From Dehalococcoidia bacterium (lineage in GTDB: Bacteria; Chloroflexota; Dehalococcoidia; Tepidiformales; Tepidiformaceae), in the NCBI GenBank assembly GCA_020432105.1, contig JAGQGZ010000001.1:1-55163 (forward strand): a stretch of 55,163 nucleotides of DNA, in the 5' to 3' direction. A model generated the notes under the pieces. That model was given only the letters and a program-made list of their open reading frames with translations. It ran no database searches and was not told the origin of the DNA. A program made the translations under genes and the position numbers. This document shows, one piece after another, positions 8,334-17,936 of the stretch (the first letter of the stretch is position 1; each line of letters starts with the position of its first letter).

Positions 8334-9164
8334 ATGCCCACCGCGATCCGCCCCGGCCACCGCACCATCACCGCTTTCCTCGACGGGCCCGACAGCATGG
8401 ACATCCGCAATGTGATCCACGCTTCGGATGGCGCCAAGGAGTATGGCTACAAGGCCGCACTCGTGGGCGGCGTGACGGTCTATGGCTGGGCTGCTCCGGC
8501 GATACTCCAGTCGTTCGGGGAGGAGTGGCTGGGCACGGGCTGGGCCGACGTGTCGTTCCGCAAACCGGTGTATCCCGGCGACGAGATGACCGTCGACGTG
8601 ACGCCGGCTGACGACGGCTCGGCCACGCTTGCGATGACGAACCAGGACGCCGCCGTCTGTGTGGGCGGCAGGCTGGGCATGGGCACCCCCGACTTCGCGA
8701 ACGAGTACGTTCTACCGACCCGCCGGACCGCGGAGCCGGAACCGGCGGAACGTCCGCAACTGACGATGGCATCGGCGCCTGTGGGGCAGGACCTGCGGCC
8801 GATGGCCGTGCCGTACATGTCCGAGGACGCCAGGACGTACGCCGAGGAAAAGCAGCGCGACATGGACCCCCGCTGGAGTGAGGAGGGCGGTTATATCCAT
8901 CCCGGTTGGATGGCTGCCCGGATGACGCCGCTGATCCATCACAGCTACCACTACGGCCCCGCCATCCACGCGCGCAGCCAGATTCAGAACCTGCGCCCGG
9001 CACGCCTCGGCCAGGTGGTAACGGTGGCGGGCCATTTCCTCAAGACGTATGAGCGCAAAGGCCACCATTACGCCGTCGTTGACGGCGTGATCCTTGGCGA
9101 GGATGGAACGGAGCTGGCCTTTATCCGCCACACGACGATCTTTGAGGTCGCGAAGCGGGGATAG
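8334..9164 (+). CDS. double hotdog-fold MaoC-like (R)-hydratase/dehydratase family protein
   Basis: AAGGAG lies 7 nt before ATG 8334. The N-terminal half (DGAKEYGYKAALVGGVTVYGW...PVYPGDEMTV) and C-terminal half (YIHPGWMAARM...GQVVTVAGHFLKTYERKGHHYAVVDGVI) each look like a hotdog fold. The ORF-track start at 8136 is an upstream extension. Confidence 0.7.
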   Translation: MPTAIRPGHRTITAFLDGPDSMDIRNVIHASDGAKEYGYKAALVGGVTVYGWAAPAILQSFGEEWLGTGWADVSFRKPVYPGDEMTVDVTPADDGSATLAMTNQDAAVCVGGRLGMGTPDFANEYVLPTRRTAEPEPAERPQLTMASAPVGQDLRPMAVPYMSEDARTYAEEKQRDMDPRWSEEGGYIHPGWMAARMTPLIHHSYHYGPAIHARSQIQNLRPARLGQVVTVAGHFLKTYERKGHHYAVVDGVILGEDGTELAFIRHTTIFEVAKRG

Positions 9165-9166
9165 CC

Positions 9167-9532
9167 GTGGACGCGGTCCTGCGCGCCGCCATCGGCTTCT
9201 TCCTGATGGCGAGCGCTGCACTGGTGGGCGACGCAATCGCGGGCGACGACTGGAACCGGGCAGGTGGCTGGTTCCTTCTCCTGGGGGTGCCATTCATCTT
9301 GATGGCGATGGTCCCTCTTCCTGACTTCCGTTGGTTGAGCATCACGGCTGCGGCGGGCGGCGTCGCACTCGGCCTCGGCCTGTTCACCTTGTTCGCGGCC
9401 AACACCTCCGACTCAGGGTCGGCCGCCATGTGGCTCTACGTGCCGTGGTTCATGGTGCTCGGCTTTTCCGTGTACTGGGCGATGGGAGTGCTCCTCAAAG
9501 GCATCCACCGCCTCGCCGGACTGCATCGCTAG
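9167..9532 (+). CDS. small integral membrane protein (about 4 TM), unknown function
   Basis: GTG lies 2 nt after the MaoC-like stop. The sequence is hydrophobic throughout (FFLMASAALVG, WFLLLGVPFILMAMV, GVALGLGLFTLFAA, WFMVLGFSVYWAMGVLL). Confidence 0.55.
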   Translation: MDAVLRAAIGFFLMASAALVGDAIAGDDWNRAGGWFLLLGVPFILMAMVPLPDFRWLSITAAAGGVALGLGLFTLFAANTSDSGSAAMWLYVPWFMVLGFSVYWAMGVLLKGIHRLAGLHR

Positions 9533-10854
9533 CTCCCCAGCCGCTTGCCTGCCTGTTTCCTCAGCTCCGCACGGTGGTCCGGGTGGGCGATGCTGATCAG
9601 TTCGTTCGCGCGCTCGCGGTCGCTCTTGCCGAGAAGGCGGGCGACGCCGTGTTCGGTAACGACAATGTCGGCGAACTGGCGAGGGACGGTGACGACGGTC
9701 CCCGGTTCCAGCTGCGGCACGATGCGGGTGACAGTCCCGCCTTTCGCTGCTGAGGGGAGGACGGTGATGCTGCGGCCGTTCTTTGCCAGCAGCGCTCCGA
9801 TCGCGAATTCCGGCTGGCCGCCGGGACCGCTCCAGAGTTCGTGACCGAGTGATTCACAGGCGATCTGGCCGTAGAGATCAACCGTCAGTGCGTTGTTGAT
9901 TGCGACCATGTTGTCGTGGCGGGCGATCGTCTGGATGTCGTTGGTGTAGGAAACGTCGTAGACCTCGAACAGGGGATTCTCGTGGATGAACTCGATCTCC
10001 TCCGGTGTCCCGGCGAAGAGCGCCGTGGCCACGAACTTGCCCTTGTGGAGCGTCTTCTGCGAGCCGGTTATGGCGCCGTCGTAGACCAGCTGGTTGAGGC
10101 CGGGCACCGTGATCTCCGAATGGACGCCAAGCTCTTCCAGGCCATCAAGGGCGCCGGCTCCGACGAGCTGGCCGGTCATGGAGCCGGTGCCAATCTGGAC
10201 CGTGTCGCCGTCGCGGATGAACTCCCGGACATAGGCAGCCATAGCCGGGTCGATGGCCGCCCGGTCGCGCATGGGAAGGGGCGGCGGTGCCGCACCCTCA
10301 ACAAGGGCATCGAACTCGCCGACGTGGACCCGGTTGGCGCCGCCGGTCACCGGGTAGCCGGGGAAGATTTCGCCGATTTTCACCCGCGCGCGTTCCACGA
10401 ATGACGCCTTGTTCCACATGGATAGCCCGTAGGAGCAGAAGCCGAAGCGGTCGGGTGGTGAGATGCCGATGAGTGCGACGTCGGCGTGATTGGAGAGGTC
10501 GCCGCGTTCGTCTTCCGGCTTGAAGCGGCGGCTGAATGGGATGCTGACAAAGTCGGATCGCCCTTCGTTTACCGACGAGCGGGCAACGATGGTGTTGAAG
10601 AGTTCGACGCGACCGTGAAAGGCGGTGTGGCCGGGCGCGTACCAGCCGGGGTCGAAGAATGGCGCCGTGGAGAGGACGTGGACGTTCTCCAGGTCTTCCC
10701 GGCGGTCCCAGATTGCCTGGGCGATGGCGGGGGTGATCGAGCCGATAGGCATCACGACGCGGTCACCGTTTCGGACGAGCCTGGCGGCATCGGCCGGTTC
10801 CATGAGGCGGGCGGCATACTCTTCCGCCCACGTTGCATACCTGTTCTTTCGCAT
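9529..10854 (-). CDS. acetyl-CoA hydrolase/transferase family (family I, 4-hydroxybutyrate/succinate CoA-transferase-like)
   Basis: The 441-aa length and motifs are typical of the Cat1/Cat2/AbfT family (VQIGTGSMTG, GVHSEITVPG with candidate catalytic Glu, GGQPEFAIGA, C-terminal ANELISIAHPDHRAEL). Confidence 0.85.
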   Translation of the reverse strand: MRKNRYATWAEEYAARLMEPADAARLVRNGDRVVMPIGSITPAIAQAIWDRREDLENVHVLSTAPFFDPGWYAPGHTAFHGRVELFNTIVARSSVNEGRSDFVSIPFSRRFKPEDERGDLSNHADVALIGISPPDRFGFCSYGLSMWNKASFVERARVKIGEIFPGYPVTGGANRVHVGEFDALVEGAAPPPLPMRDRAAIDPAMAAYVREFIRDGDTVQIGTGSMTGQLVGAGALDGLEELGVHSEITVPGLNQLVYDGAITGSQKTLHKGKFVATALFAGTPEEIEFIHENPLFEVYDVSYTNDIQTIARHDNMVAINNALTVDLYGQIACESLGHELWSGPGGQPEFAIGALLAKNGRSITVLPSAAKGGTVTRIVPQLEPGTVVTVPRQFADIVVTEHGVARLLGKSDRERANELISIAHPDHRAELRKQAGKRLGS

Positions 10855-10970
10855 GCGACGAAATGATACGGGGCGATTTCTTAGCAGCCCGGCTCCCTTC
10901 CGTTTACGTTAGGGTATGGCGCCTGCTAGAGTGCTCCGCAACACGAACGACTTTCGGATAAGGAATGTAG

Positions 10971-12125
10971 ATGGATTTTCACGACTCCCCGGAACAGGCA
11001 ACCTGGCGCAACGAAGTACGCAGCTTCATCGAGTCCGAGCAGCCGGAGCGCGACGAAGCGCCGCTGATGATGGAGCGCGGGCGCAACCCCAGGCTCGCGG
11101 CCTGGCGGGAGAAGATCTCGAAGAAGGGCTGGGTGGCTCCGGCCTGGCCCAAGGAATACGGTGGCGCCGGTCTCGGGGTGATGGAGCAGTTCATCCTGAA
11201 TGAGGAGTTCGCCGAAGCGAGGGTGCCAAACGTGGGAGGCATGGGCACCTCGATGATCGGCCCGACGATCATCATCCACGGAAACGAGGAGCAGAAGCAG
11301 GAGCACCTCGGCGCCATCCTGCGGGGCGAAGTGCAGTGGTGCCAGGGCTACAGTGAACCCGGCTCCGGGTCTGACCTCGCGAGCCTGCAGACACGCGCGG
11401 TCCGCGACGGCGACGACTTCGTCATCAACGGCCAGAAGATCTGGACCAGCGGGGCACATACAGCCGACTGGATGTTCATGCTCGCCCGTACGGATCCCGA
11501 TGCACCGAAACACCGCGGGATCACCTATTTCCTCATGGATATGAAGAGCCCCGGCGTGACCGTGCGGCCGCTCATCAACATGGGGAACATGCACAACTTC
11601 AATGAGGTCTTTTTCGAGGATGTGCGGGTACCTGCCAGGAATGTACTCGGCGAGATCGACCGCGGCTGGTACATCGGGACGACCACTCTCGACTTCGAGC
11701 GCAGCAGCATTGGCAACTCTGTCGGCCAGCGCCAGACGCTGGAGTACTACCTGCGTTACATCAAGCAGAACAACGCCGATGTCTCCGGCACGGTGAAGGG
11801 CGAGCTTGCCGACCGCTGGATCGAGGCGATGACTGCCAAGAACCTCAGCTACCGGGTGATCACCATCCAGGCGGAGGGTCGGGTTCCGAACCACGAGGCC
11901 TCCATCGCCAAGATGTTCAACACCGAGCTGAGTCAGCGCATCGCCCGCACGGCGATGAAGGTGCTGGGCACCGCCGGTCAACTGACCGATGCCGAACAGG
12001 CGCCGATGAAGGGGCGTGTCGCAGCGAGCTACCTGGCGACGGTGAGCAGCACGATTGCCGGTGGCACCAGCGAGATCCAGCGCAACATTGTTGCCACGCG
12101 GGGCCTGGGCCTGCCGCGGGCGTAG
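10971..12125 (+). CDS. acyl-CoA dehydrogenase family protein
   Basis: ACAD hallmarks are present (GYSEPGSGSDLASLQTRAVRDGDDFVINGQKIWTSGA; C-terminal IAGGTSEIQRNIVA). It is a paralogue of 16668..17864. Confidence 0.9.
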   Translation: MDFHDSPEQATWRNEVRSFIESEQPERDEAPLMMERGRNPRLAAWREKISKKGWVAPAWPKEYGGAGLGVMEQFILNEEFAEARVPNVGGMGTSMIGPTIIIHGNEEQKQEHLGAILRGEVQWCQGYSEPGSGSDLASLQTRAVRDGDDFVINGQKIWTSGAHTADWMFMLARTDPDAPKHRGITYFLMDMKSPGVTVRPLINMGNMHNFNEVFFEDVRVPARNVLGEIDRGWYIGTTTLDFERSSIGNSVGQRQTLEYYLRYIKQNNADVSGTVKGELADRWIEAMTAKNLSYRVITIQAEGRVPNHEASIAKMFNTELSQRIARTAMKVLGTAGQLTDAEQAPMKGRVAASYLATVSSTIAGGTSEIQRNIVATRGLGLPRA

Positions 12126-12150
12126 CCACCGAATAGCGCACACCATTGGA

Positions 12151-12186
12151 GATGCCCGGCACCTGCTGCCGGGCATCTTTCGTTTT
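12151..12186 (+). terminator. rho-independent terminator
   Basis: A perfect 11-bp stem GATGCCCGGCA / TGCCGGGCATC with a 5-nt loop is followed by TTTCGTTTT. It lies 25 nt after the ACAD stop. Confidence 0.75.
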
Positions 12187-12210
12187 AGCAGGATCACCTA
12201 GACTTCCTCC

Positions 12211-13020
12211 GTGATTACGGTCCGGGCCTATGGGAACGCGGGGCCGCCGCTATTCGTCCTGCACGGCGGGCCGGGTGCGGCCGGCTACATGGCGCCCGTG
12301 GCGAGGAAGCTGGGTCGTGACTACCGTGTTTTCGAGCCGTTGCAGCGGCGGAGTGGCGATATCCCCCTCACGGTCGATCAGCACATCGCAGACCTGCACG
12401 AGGTAATCAAGGTGCACTGCCCGGGTGAACGGCCTGCACTCGTCGGGTCTTCCTGGGGAGCGATGCTGGCACTCGCGTCTGCTGCTGCGCACCCAGGGAC
12501 GTTCGGGCCACTGGTGCTCATCGGGTCCGGGACGTTCACGGACGAATCGAGTGCGGAGTTTCACCGCGTGCTCGATTCGCGCGCGGCCCCGGGTGTAGAC
12601 GACCGGATCCGCGCAGCCGCTGAAGCTACCGACCCGGACGCCGCACTCGCCGCTATCGCCAGCGATCTTGATGCGCCGTATTCTTTCGACCTTCTCGACA
12701 GCCGGTCGGACAACGAATGGGTGGATGCCAGGGGTAACAGGGAGACGAATGACGACTGGAGCCGGCGCCGAACTGCGGGTGAGTTTCCGGCGAGCTTTGC
12801 GGCAATCAAGCAACCGGTGCTGATGATCCACGGCGCCGTAGATCCCCATCCCGGGCCGATGATTCGCGATAGCCTGTTGCCGGTATTGCCCCGGCTTGAG
12901 TACGTGGAACTGGACCGCTGCGGTCACTATCCCTGGCGGGAGCGCTTCGCAAGGGATAGGTTCTACGAAGTCCTGAGGAGCTGGCTCGCGAAGCATCTGC
13001 CCGGGACGCCAGCGGCGTAG
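12211..13020 (+). CDS. alpha/beta hydrolase (S33 proline-iminopeptidase-like HGGPG motif)
   Basis: It has VLHGGPGAAG, the nucleophile elbow GSSWGA and a C-terminal CGHYPW. There is no clear SD before GTG 12211. Confidence 0.75.
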   Translation: MITVRAYGNAGPPLFVLHGGPGAAGYMAPVARKLGRDYRVFEPLQRRSGDIPLTVDQHIADLHEVIKVHCPGERPALVGSSWGAMLALASAAAHPGTFGPLVLIGSGTFTDESSAEFHRVLDSRAAPGVDDRIRAAAEATDPDAALAAIASDLDAPYSFDLLDSRSDNEWVDARGNRETNDDWSRRRTAGEFPASFAAIKQPVLMIHGAVDPHPGPMIRDSLLPVLPRLEYVELDRCGHYPWRERFARDRFYEVLRSWLAKHLPGTPAA

Positions 13021-13022
13021 AA

Positions 13023-13763
13023 TTGCGGACGATGCATCAACCGCTTGTCATCGGTCACGCCTGCGCGGGTGGAGAAGCGCCGCACAACACGCTGGCCGGT
13101 GTGCGAGCCTGCCTGGCGACTGGCGCCCAGGCCATGGAGATCGATGTTCAGCTCAGTGCTGATGGTATCCCGGTGCTCATGCACGACAACACCGTGGACC
13201 GCACGACCAACCTCAGCGGCCCCGTGTCGTCGTTTACGGCGGCCGAGTTGGCGAAGGCGGATGCCGGCGACGGCGAGAAGGTACCGACGCTGGCCGAGGT
13301 ACTCGACCTTGTGGATGGCCGGCTCACTGTACTCTGCGAACTGAAGCGGACAGAAGGCGAGGCCGCCCGCGATTCGGCCCTCGTCGATGCGGTGGTGGCA
13401 GCGGCGATCCGTCGTGGTAGCGAAGCCTGGACGGGCATCCATTCGTTCAATCTCGATATCGTCGAGCGAGCCCGGGCCCTGGCACCGGAGTTGTCCGCGG
13501 CAGTCATCTCGGGACCGGTCGAGGGTGAACGGCAGGACACGTTGTTCCACGGCGCACTTGTCCGCGGGGCACAGGCGATCTCGGTTCATCACAGTTGCAT
13601 TGATTCCGAGTTCGTTGTGGCGGCCAAGCGGCGTCAGCTCACCGTCTGGACCTGGACGCCGGACGAGGAAGCCGTATGGGAGCGCCTTGCCGAAACCGGT
13701 GTGGACGGCATCATCACCAACTACCCAACGAGGCTCACACGATTCCTGGCGAGCAGGCACTGA
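13023..13763 (+). CDS. glycerophosphodiester phosphodiesterase (GDPD) family
   Basis: It has VIGHACAGGEAPHNTL...MEIDVQLSADGIPVLMHDNTVDRTTN and a C-terminal GVDGIITNYP. The start is TTG 13023 or ATG 13032. Confidence 0.85.
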   Translation: MRTMHQPLVIGHACAGGEAPHNTLAGVRACLATGAQAMEIDVQLSADGIPVLMHDNTVDRTTNLSGPVSSFTAAELAKADAGDGEKVPTLAEVLDLVDGRLTVLCELKRTEGEAARDSALVDAVVAAAIRRGSEAWTGIHSFNLDIVERARALAPELSAAVISGPVEGERQDTLFHGALVRGAQAISVHHSCIDSEFVVAAKRRQLTVWTWTPDEEAVWERLAETGVDGIITNYPTRLTRFLASRH

Positions 13764-13851
13764 CTCGCAGGCCACCTGCCCACTGTGGCCCTTGACGACG
13801 GCGGAAGTCCCGGCGGCGGATAGCTCGCCGCTCGCTGCTTATACTTCGGGG

Positions 13852-16596
13852 GTGCCGGAAACCGAAAAGGGCCCACGACTCGTCATCCTCGACTCTCACG
13901 GGATACTGTTCCGGGCGTTTTTTGCCTTCGCCAACAGCGAGCACCCGCTGATGACATCGAAGGGCGAACTGACCTTCGCCACGCACGGCTACGCGGAGAC
14001 GCTGATCCGAGTGCTCGACCAACTGAGCCCCACGCACATCTGTGCCGCCTGGGACGCACCGGGCAAGACCTTTCGGCATGAAGCGAGTGAGGCGTACAAG
14101 GCTACGCGGCGCGCCACTCCATCGGAGCTGCTGGTCCAGATGAAGCGCGTAAGGGAGATGCTCGATGCGTTCGGCATCCCAATCTTTGAGGCGCCGGGGT
14201 TCGAGGCTGATGATGTGGCCGGGACCCTGGCCCGGATGGCTGCCGAGCAGGGGATACAGACCTACATAGCGACGCTGGACACCGACCTCGTCCAGCTTAT
14301 TGGGCCGAAGGTAAACCTGTTTATGTTCCGGCCCTACCAGCGCGATACCATCGACTACAACGAGAAGCGGGCGGCCGAACGCTACGGATTCAGTCCCATC
14401 TACATGATCGATTACAAGGCGCTCAAGGGGGACACGAGCGACAACATCGAAGGCATCAAGGGCATCGGCGAGAAGACCGCAACGAACCTCATCCGGGAGT
14501 ACGGCACCGTCGAGTCTATCTACGAGCACATTGACGAGATAAAGGGTGCGCTGAAGACGAAGCTGGCCGACAACGAAGACCGGGCCATCGCCAACAAAGA
14601 GCTGGTGACGATCAAGACGGACCTTGATATCGATTTCGACCTCGAGGCCTGCCGCGTGAAGAACTTCGACCGCGAGAAGATCGCCGACATCTTTCGCGAG
14701 CTCGAATTCCGGATGCTTGCGGGGAGGCTGGACGAGGTGCTCGGGATGGCGACGGCCGGGGCCGCTGCCGCAGATACGGCCGACACGAAGTACGAAACAG
14801 TGACCGGCAAGGAAGCGCTGGAAGCGGTGGCCCGCGCGATTCGTGAGAAGGGGTCGGTGGCCGTCAACACGTTTTCGACAGCGGGCGAAGAGGTCGGGGA
14901 GATGCTTCTCGGTATTTCCCTGGCAACCGAACCCGGGCGGGCCTGGTATGTCCCGGTTGGGCATGCGCCGCGGCTGGACGACGACGTCCCCCAGCTACCG
15001 ATTGAGACGGTAGTCGAGGTCCTGGGGCCCACCTTTGCCGACGCGAGCATTGCCAAAGCGGCGTACTCGGCCAAGTACGTGAAGCATCAGCTCGACAAAG
15101 CGGGCATGGCGTTTGAGGGGACGGATTTCGATGCCTCGATCGTCGCCTTTCTGCTCGGTGAGACATCGTCGACGCTTGCACCCCTGGTGAATGAGCGGCT
15201 GGGAATCCAGGTGGCAACGCCGGTAACGCTGACGGGAACGGGTCGCAAGGCGACACCGCTGGCACAGGTGGAGATAGAGGAAGTGGCGCTTAGTGCCTGC
15301 CAGTACGCCGACATGGTGCTACGGCTGCGTCCCGAGCTGGAACAGCAGCTGGCAGAGCGCGAGCTGGTCACGTTGTATGAGGAGATTGAGTTGCCGCTCA
15401 TGCCCGTGCTCTACGAGATGGAGCGTGTGGGCATGTACATGGACCCGGAGGTGCTCCGCCAGATCTCGATCGCGATGGTCGATGACATCGCCCGGGCCGA
15501 ACGCGAGGTCTACGAGGAGGTCGGGCACGAGTTCAATATCGGGAGCCCGAAGGCCCTGAGTGATGTGCTGTTCGGCGAGATGGGACTGCCGAAGACACGA
15601 AAGACGGCCCTTGGCTACAGCACCGACCAGCGGGCTCTTGAATCGCTCAGAGCTACGGCGCCGGTCGTGGACAAGATCTTCGAGTGGCGAGCACTGACCA
15701 AGCTGAAGTCGACCTACCTGGATGCGCTCCCGGCGACCATCGCGAGAGATGGCCGGATCCACACGGACCTGCAACAGACCGTAGCGGCCACCGGCCGCCT
15801 CAGCAGCACGAATCCGAACCTCCAGAACATCCCGGTGCGAACCGATGCAGGGCGTGACATTCGCCGGGCGTTCGTCGCGTCACACTTCGAGGAGCCTGTC
15901 CTGGTCGCCTGCGACTATTCACAGATCGAGCTCCGCGTGCTGGCCCACATCACCGCGGACAAGGGACTGGTCGACGCCTTCCTTGACGATCAGGACATTC
16001 ATCGGACCACCGCGGCCACGGTCTTTAGTGTGAAGCCCGAGGAGGTGACCCGGCAGATGCGGGACATCGCCAAGATGGTGAACTTCGGCATCGCCTACGG
16101 CATGGGTGAATTCGGCCTGGCGAGCCGTACCGGCCTCAGTCGCGAGGAGGCAGCGGACTTCATCAAGAGCTACTACACGAACTTCCCGGGCATCAAGGAC
16201 TGGCAGGAAGCAACCTTGAACGAGACGAAGAACAAGGGCTACGGGGAGACGTTGTTCGGCCGCCGGCGCTACCTGCCGGCGATCCACAGCTCGAACTTCC
16301 AGGTGCGTTCGGCGGCCGAACGTGAGGCGATCAACATGCCGATCCAGGGCACGGCTGCCGACATCATCAAGATTGCGATGATCCGGATAGCCGATGCCAT
16401 GCGTGAGCGGGAACTTTCGAGCCGCATGATCCTCCAGGTTCACGACGAATTGATCTTCGAGTGCCCGGAGGACGAGTCAGGGCAGATTGGGGAACTGTGC
16501 CGAGAGATCATGCCTGCCAGCCTCGAGATGAAGGTGCCGCTGAAGGTTGATTTGAAGAAAGGCCCCAACTGGGGACAAATGGAGCCGATCGCGTAA
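13852..16596 (+). CDS. polA: DNA polymerase I
   Basis: A 5'-nuclease N-terminus (LVILDSHGILFRAFFAF) is followed by pol motif A DYSQIELRVLAH, motif B RDIAKMVNFGIAYG and motif C LQVHDELIFE. The start is GTG 13852 (alt. TTG 13792). The ORF-track start at 13387 overlaps the GDPD gene and is an extension. Confidence 0.95.
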   Translation: MPETEKGPRLVILDSHGILFRAFFAFANSEHPLMTSKGELTFATHGYAETLIRVLDQLSPTHICAAWDAPGKTFRHEASEAYKATRRATPSELLVQMKRVREMLDAFGIPIFEAPGFEADDVAGTLARMAAEQGIQTYIATLDTDLVQLIGPKVNLFMFRPYQRDTIDYNEKRAAERYGFSPIYMIDYKALKGDTSDNIEGIKGIGEKTATNLIREYGTVESIYEHIDEIKGALKTKLADNEDRAIANKELVTIKTDLDIDFDLEACRVKNFDREKIADIFRELEFRMLAGRLDEVLGMATAGAAAADTADTKYETVTGKEALEAVARAIREKGSVAVNTFSTAGEEVGEMLLGISLATEPGRAWYVPVGHAPRLDDDVPQLPIETVVEVLGPTFADASIAKAAYSAKYVKHQLDKAGMAFEGTDFDASIVAFLLGETSSTLAPLVNERLGIQVATPVTLTGTGRKATPLAQVEIEEVALSACQYADMVLRLRPELEQQLAERELVTLYEEIELPLMPVLYEMERVGMYMDPEVLRQISIAMVDDIARAEREVYEEVGHEFNIGSPKALSDVLFGEMGLPKTRKTALGYSTDQRALESLRATAPVVDKIFEWRALTKLKSTYLDALPATIARDGRIHTDLQQTVAATGRLSSTNPNLQNIPVRTDAGRDIRRAFVASHFEEPVLVACDYSQIELRVLAHITADKGLVDAFLDDQDIHRTTAATVFSVKPEEVTRQMRDIAKMVNFGIAYGMGEFGLASRTGLSREEAADFIKSYYTNFPGIKDWQEATLNETKNKGYGETLFGRRRYLPAIHSSNFQVRSAAEREAINMPIQGTAADIIKIAMIRIADAMRERELSSRMILQVHDELIFECPEDESGQIGELCREIMPASLEMKVPLKVDLKKGPNWGQMEPIA

Positions 16597-16667
16597 ACGG
16601 CAACGGCACCCGGTGAACGTCACGCGTGTAGAATTCGGCCCACTACACATCTGACGGAGAATTTCGC

Positions 16668-17864
16668 ATGCGATTTGCCGACACACCCGAACTCGCCACG
16701 TGGCGAACGACGGTCCGCAGCTTCCTCGACGAACACTGGCACAGCACCGGTAGCGACGATGAGTCCGAAGCCGCAACGAGCATGGAGAACGAAGAGCAAT
16801 TCCAGGCACGGATGAAGCGCTCGCAGGCATGGCTCGACAAGCTGGGCGAGAATGGCTGGATCGCCCCGGCCTGGCCCAAGGAATATGGCGGCGCCGATAT
16901 GTCCGTGCTTGAGCAGTTCGTGCTGAGCCAGGAGCTGACCCAGGCGGGAGCGCCCACCAGCCGCCAGATGCTCAACCTTGTGGGCCCAACGATCATGCTC
17001 CACGGCACGGACGAGCAGAAAGCCGAACACCTTCCACCGATGCTCCGGGGCGAGGTGGCATGGTGCCAGGGCTTCAGCGAACCGGGCTCGGGTTCTGACC
17101 TTGCGAGCCTCCAGACCCGCGCCGTGCGCGACGGCGACGACTACGTGGTCAACGGCCAGAAGATCTGGACCAGCGGCGCTCACAGGGCGGACTGGATGTT
17201 CATGCTCGCCCGCACCGACCCGGATGCACCGAAGCACCGTGGGATTAGCTACCTGCTGATCAACATGAAGGACCCGGGCGTCTCCGTGAGGCCACTAATC
17301 AACATGCACGACGGCCACGTCTTCAACGAGGTCTTCTTCGAGGATGTGCGGGTGCCGGTGCGCAACCGGATCGGCGAGGAGAACCGCGGATGGTACGTCG
17401 GCACGACGACGCTTGACTTCGAGCGGTCGAACATTGCCCGGGTGGTGAACATCAAGAAGAGCCTGGCGAAGGTCCTCGACTACACTCAGGCCAGGGAGGT
17501 GAATGGCGAGGCGGTAGGCCGCCCGCAGCGGATGGAGCTCGCCGACCGAGCCGTCGAGACGGCTGTATGTGAGCTGCTTTCGTTCCAGGTCGTTTCCATC
17601 CAGGCGTCGGGTGGGGTGCCGAACATGGAAGCGAGCATGAACAAGATGTACGGGTCCGAATTGCAGCAGCGAGTGGCCCGCACCGCCATGAATATCACCG
17701 GTATGCGTGGCCAACTCCGCCAGCCCGAAGGTCTGGAGTCGGAACACGGAATCCAGGCGGCAATGAACTACCTTTCAACGGTGCCGGCGACGATCGCTGC
17801 AGGCACCAGCGAAATCCAGCGCAACATCATCGCCACTCGCGGCCTCGGTCTCCCGCGGGGCTGA
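16668..17864 (+). CDS. acyl-CoA dehydrogenase family protein (paralogue of 10971..12125)
   Basis: It has GFSEPGSGSDLASLQTRAVRDGDDYVVNGQKIWTSGA and IAAGTSEIQRNIIA. Long stretches are identical to the other ACAD. Confidence 0.9.
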   Translation: MRFADTPELATWRTTVRSFLDEHWHSTGSDDESEAATSMENEEQFQARMKRSQAWLDKLGENGWIAPAWPKEYGGADMSVLEQFVLSQELTQAGAPTSRQMLNLVGPTIMLHGTDEQKAEHLPPMLRGEVAWCQGFSEPGSGSDLASLQTRAVRDGDDYVVNGQKIWTSGAHRADWMFMLARTDPDAPKHRGISYLLINMKDPGVSVRPLINMHDGHVFNEVFFEDVRVPVRNRIGEENRGWYVGTTTLDFERSNIARVVNIKKSLAKVLDYTQAREVNGEAVGRPQRMELADRAVETAVCELLSFQVVSIQASGGVPNMEASMNKMYGSELQQRVARTAMNITGMRGQLRQPEGLESEHGIQAAMNYLSTVPATIAAGTSEIQRNIIATRGLGLPRG

Positions 17865-17882
17865 GTCGCGCGTCGTGAAATG

Positions 17883-17916
17883 AAAAAAGGGCGGCGCCAC
17901 TGGCGCCGCCCTTTTT
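17883..17916. terminator. bidirectional rho-independent terminator between convergent genes
   Basis: AAAAAA-GGGCGGCGCC-ACT-GGCGCCGCCC-TTTTT forms a perfect 10-bp GC stem with an A-tract on one side and a T-tract on the other. Confidence 0.85.
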
Positions 17917-17936
17917 CGTGTACCGGGGGTTGCCGG

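Noticed and set aside
13387-13851. N-terminal extension of the polA ORF. Analogous upstream extensions occur at 2401, 4732, 8136, 20291, 20722, 21938, 21601, 46953, 47879 and 53584.
   Set aside because: The extensions overlap upstream genes or are Arg/Pro-rich. Family alignment logic and SD placement support the internal starts listed in the features.
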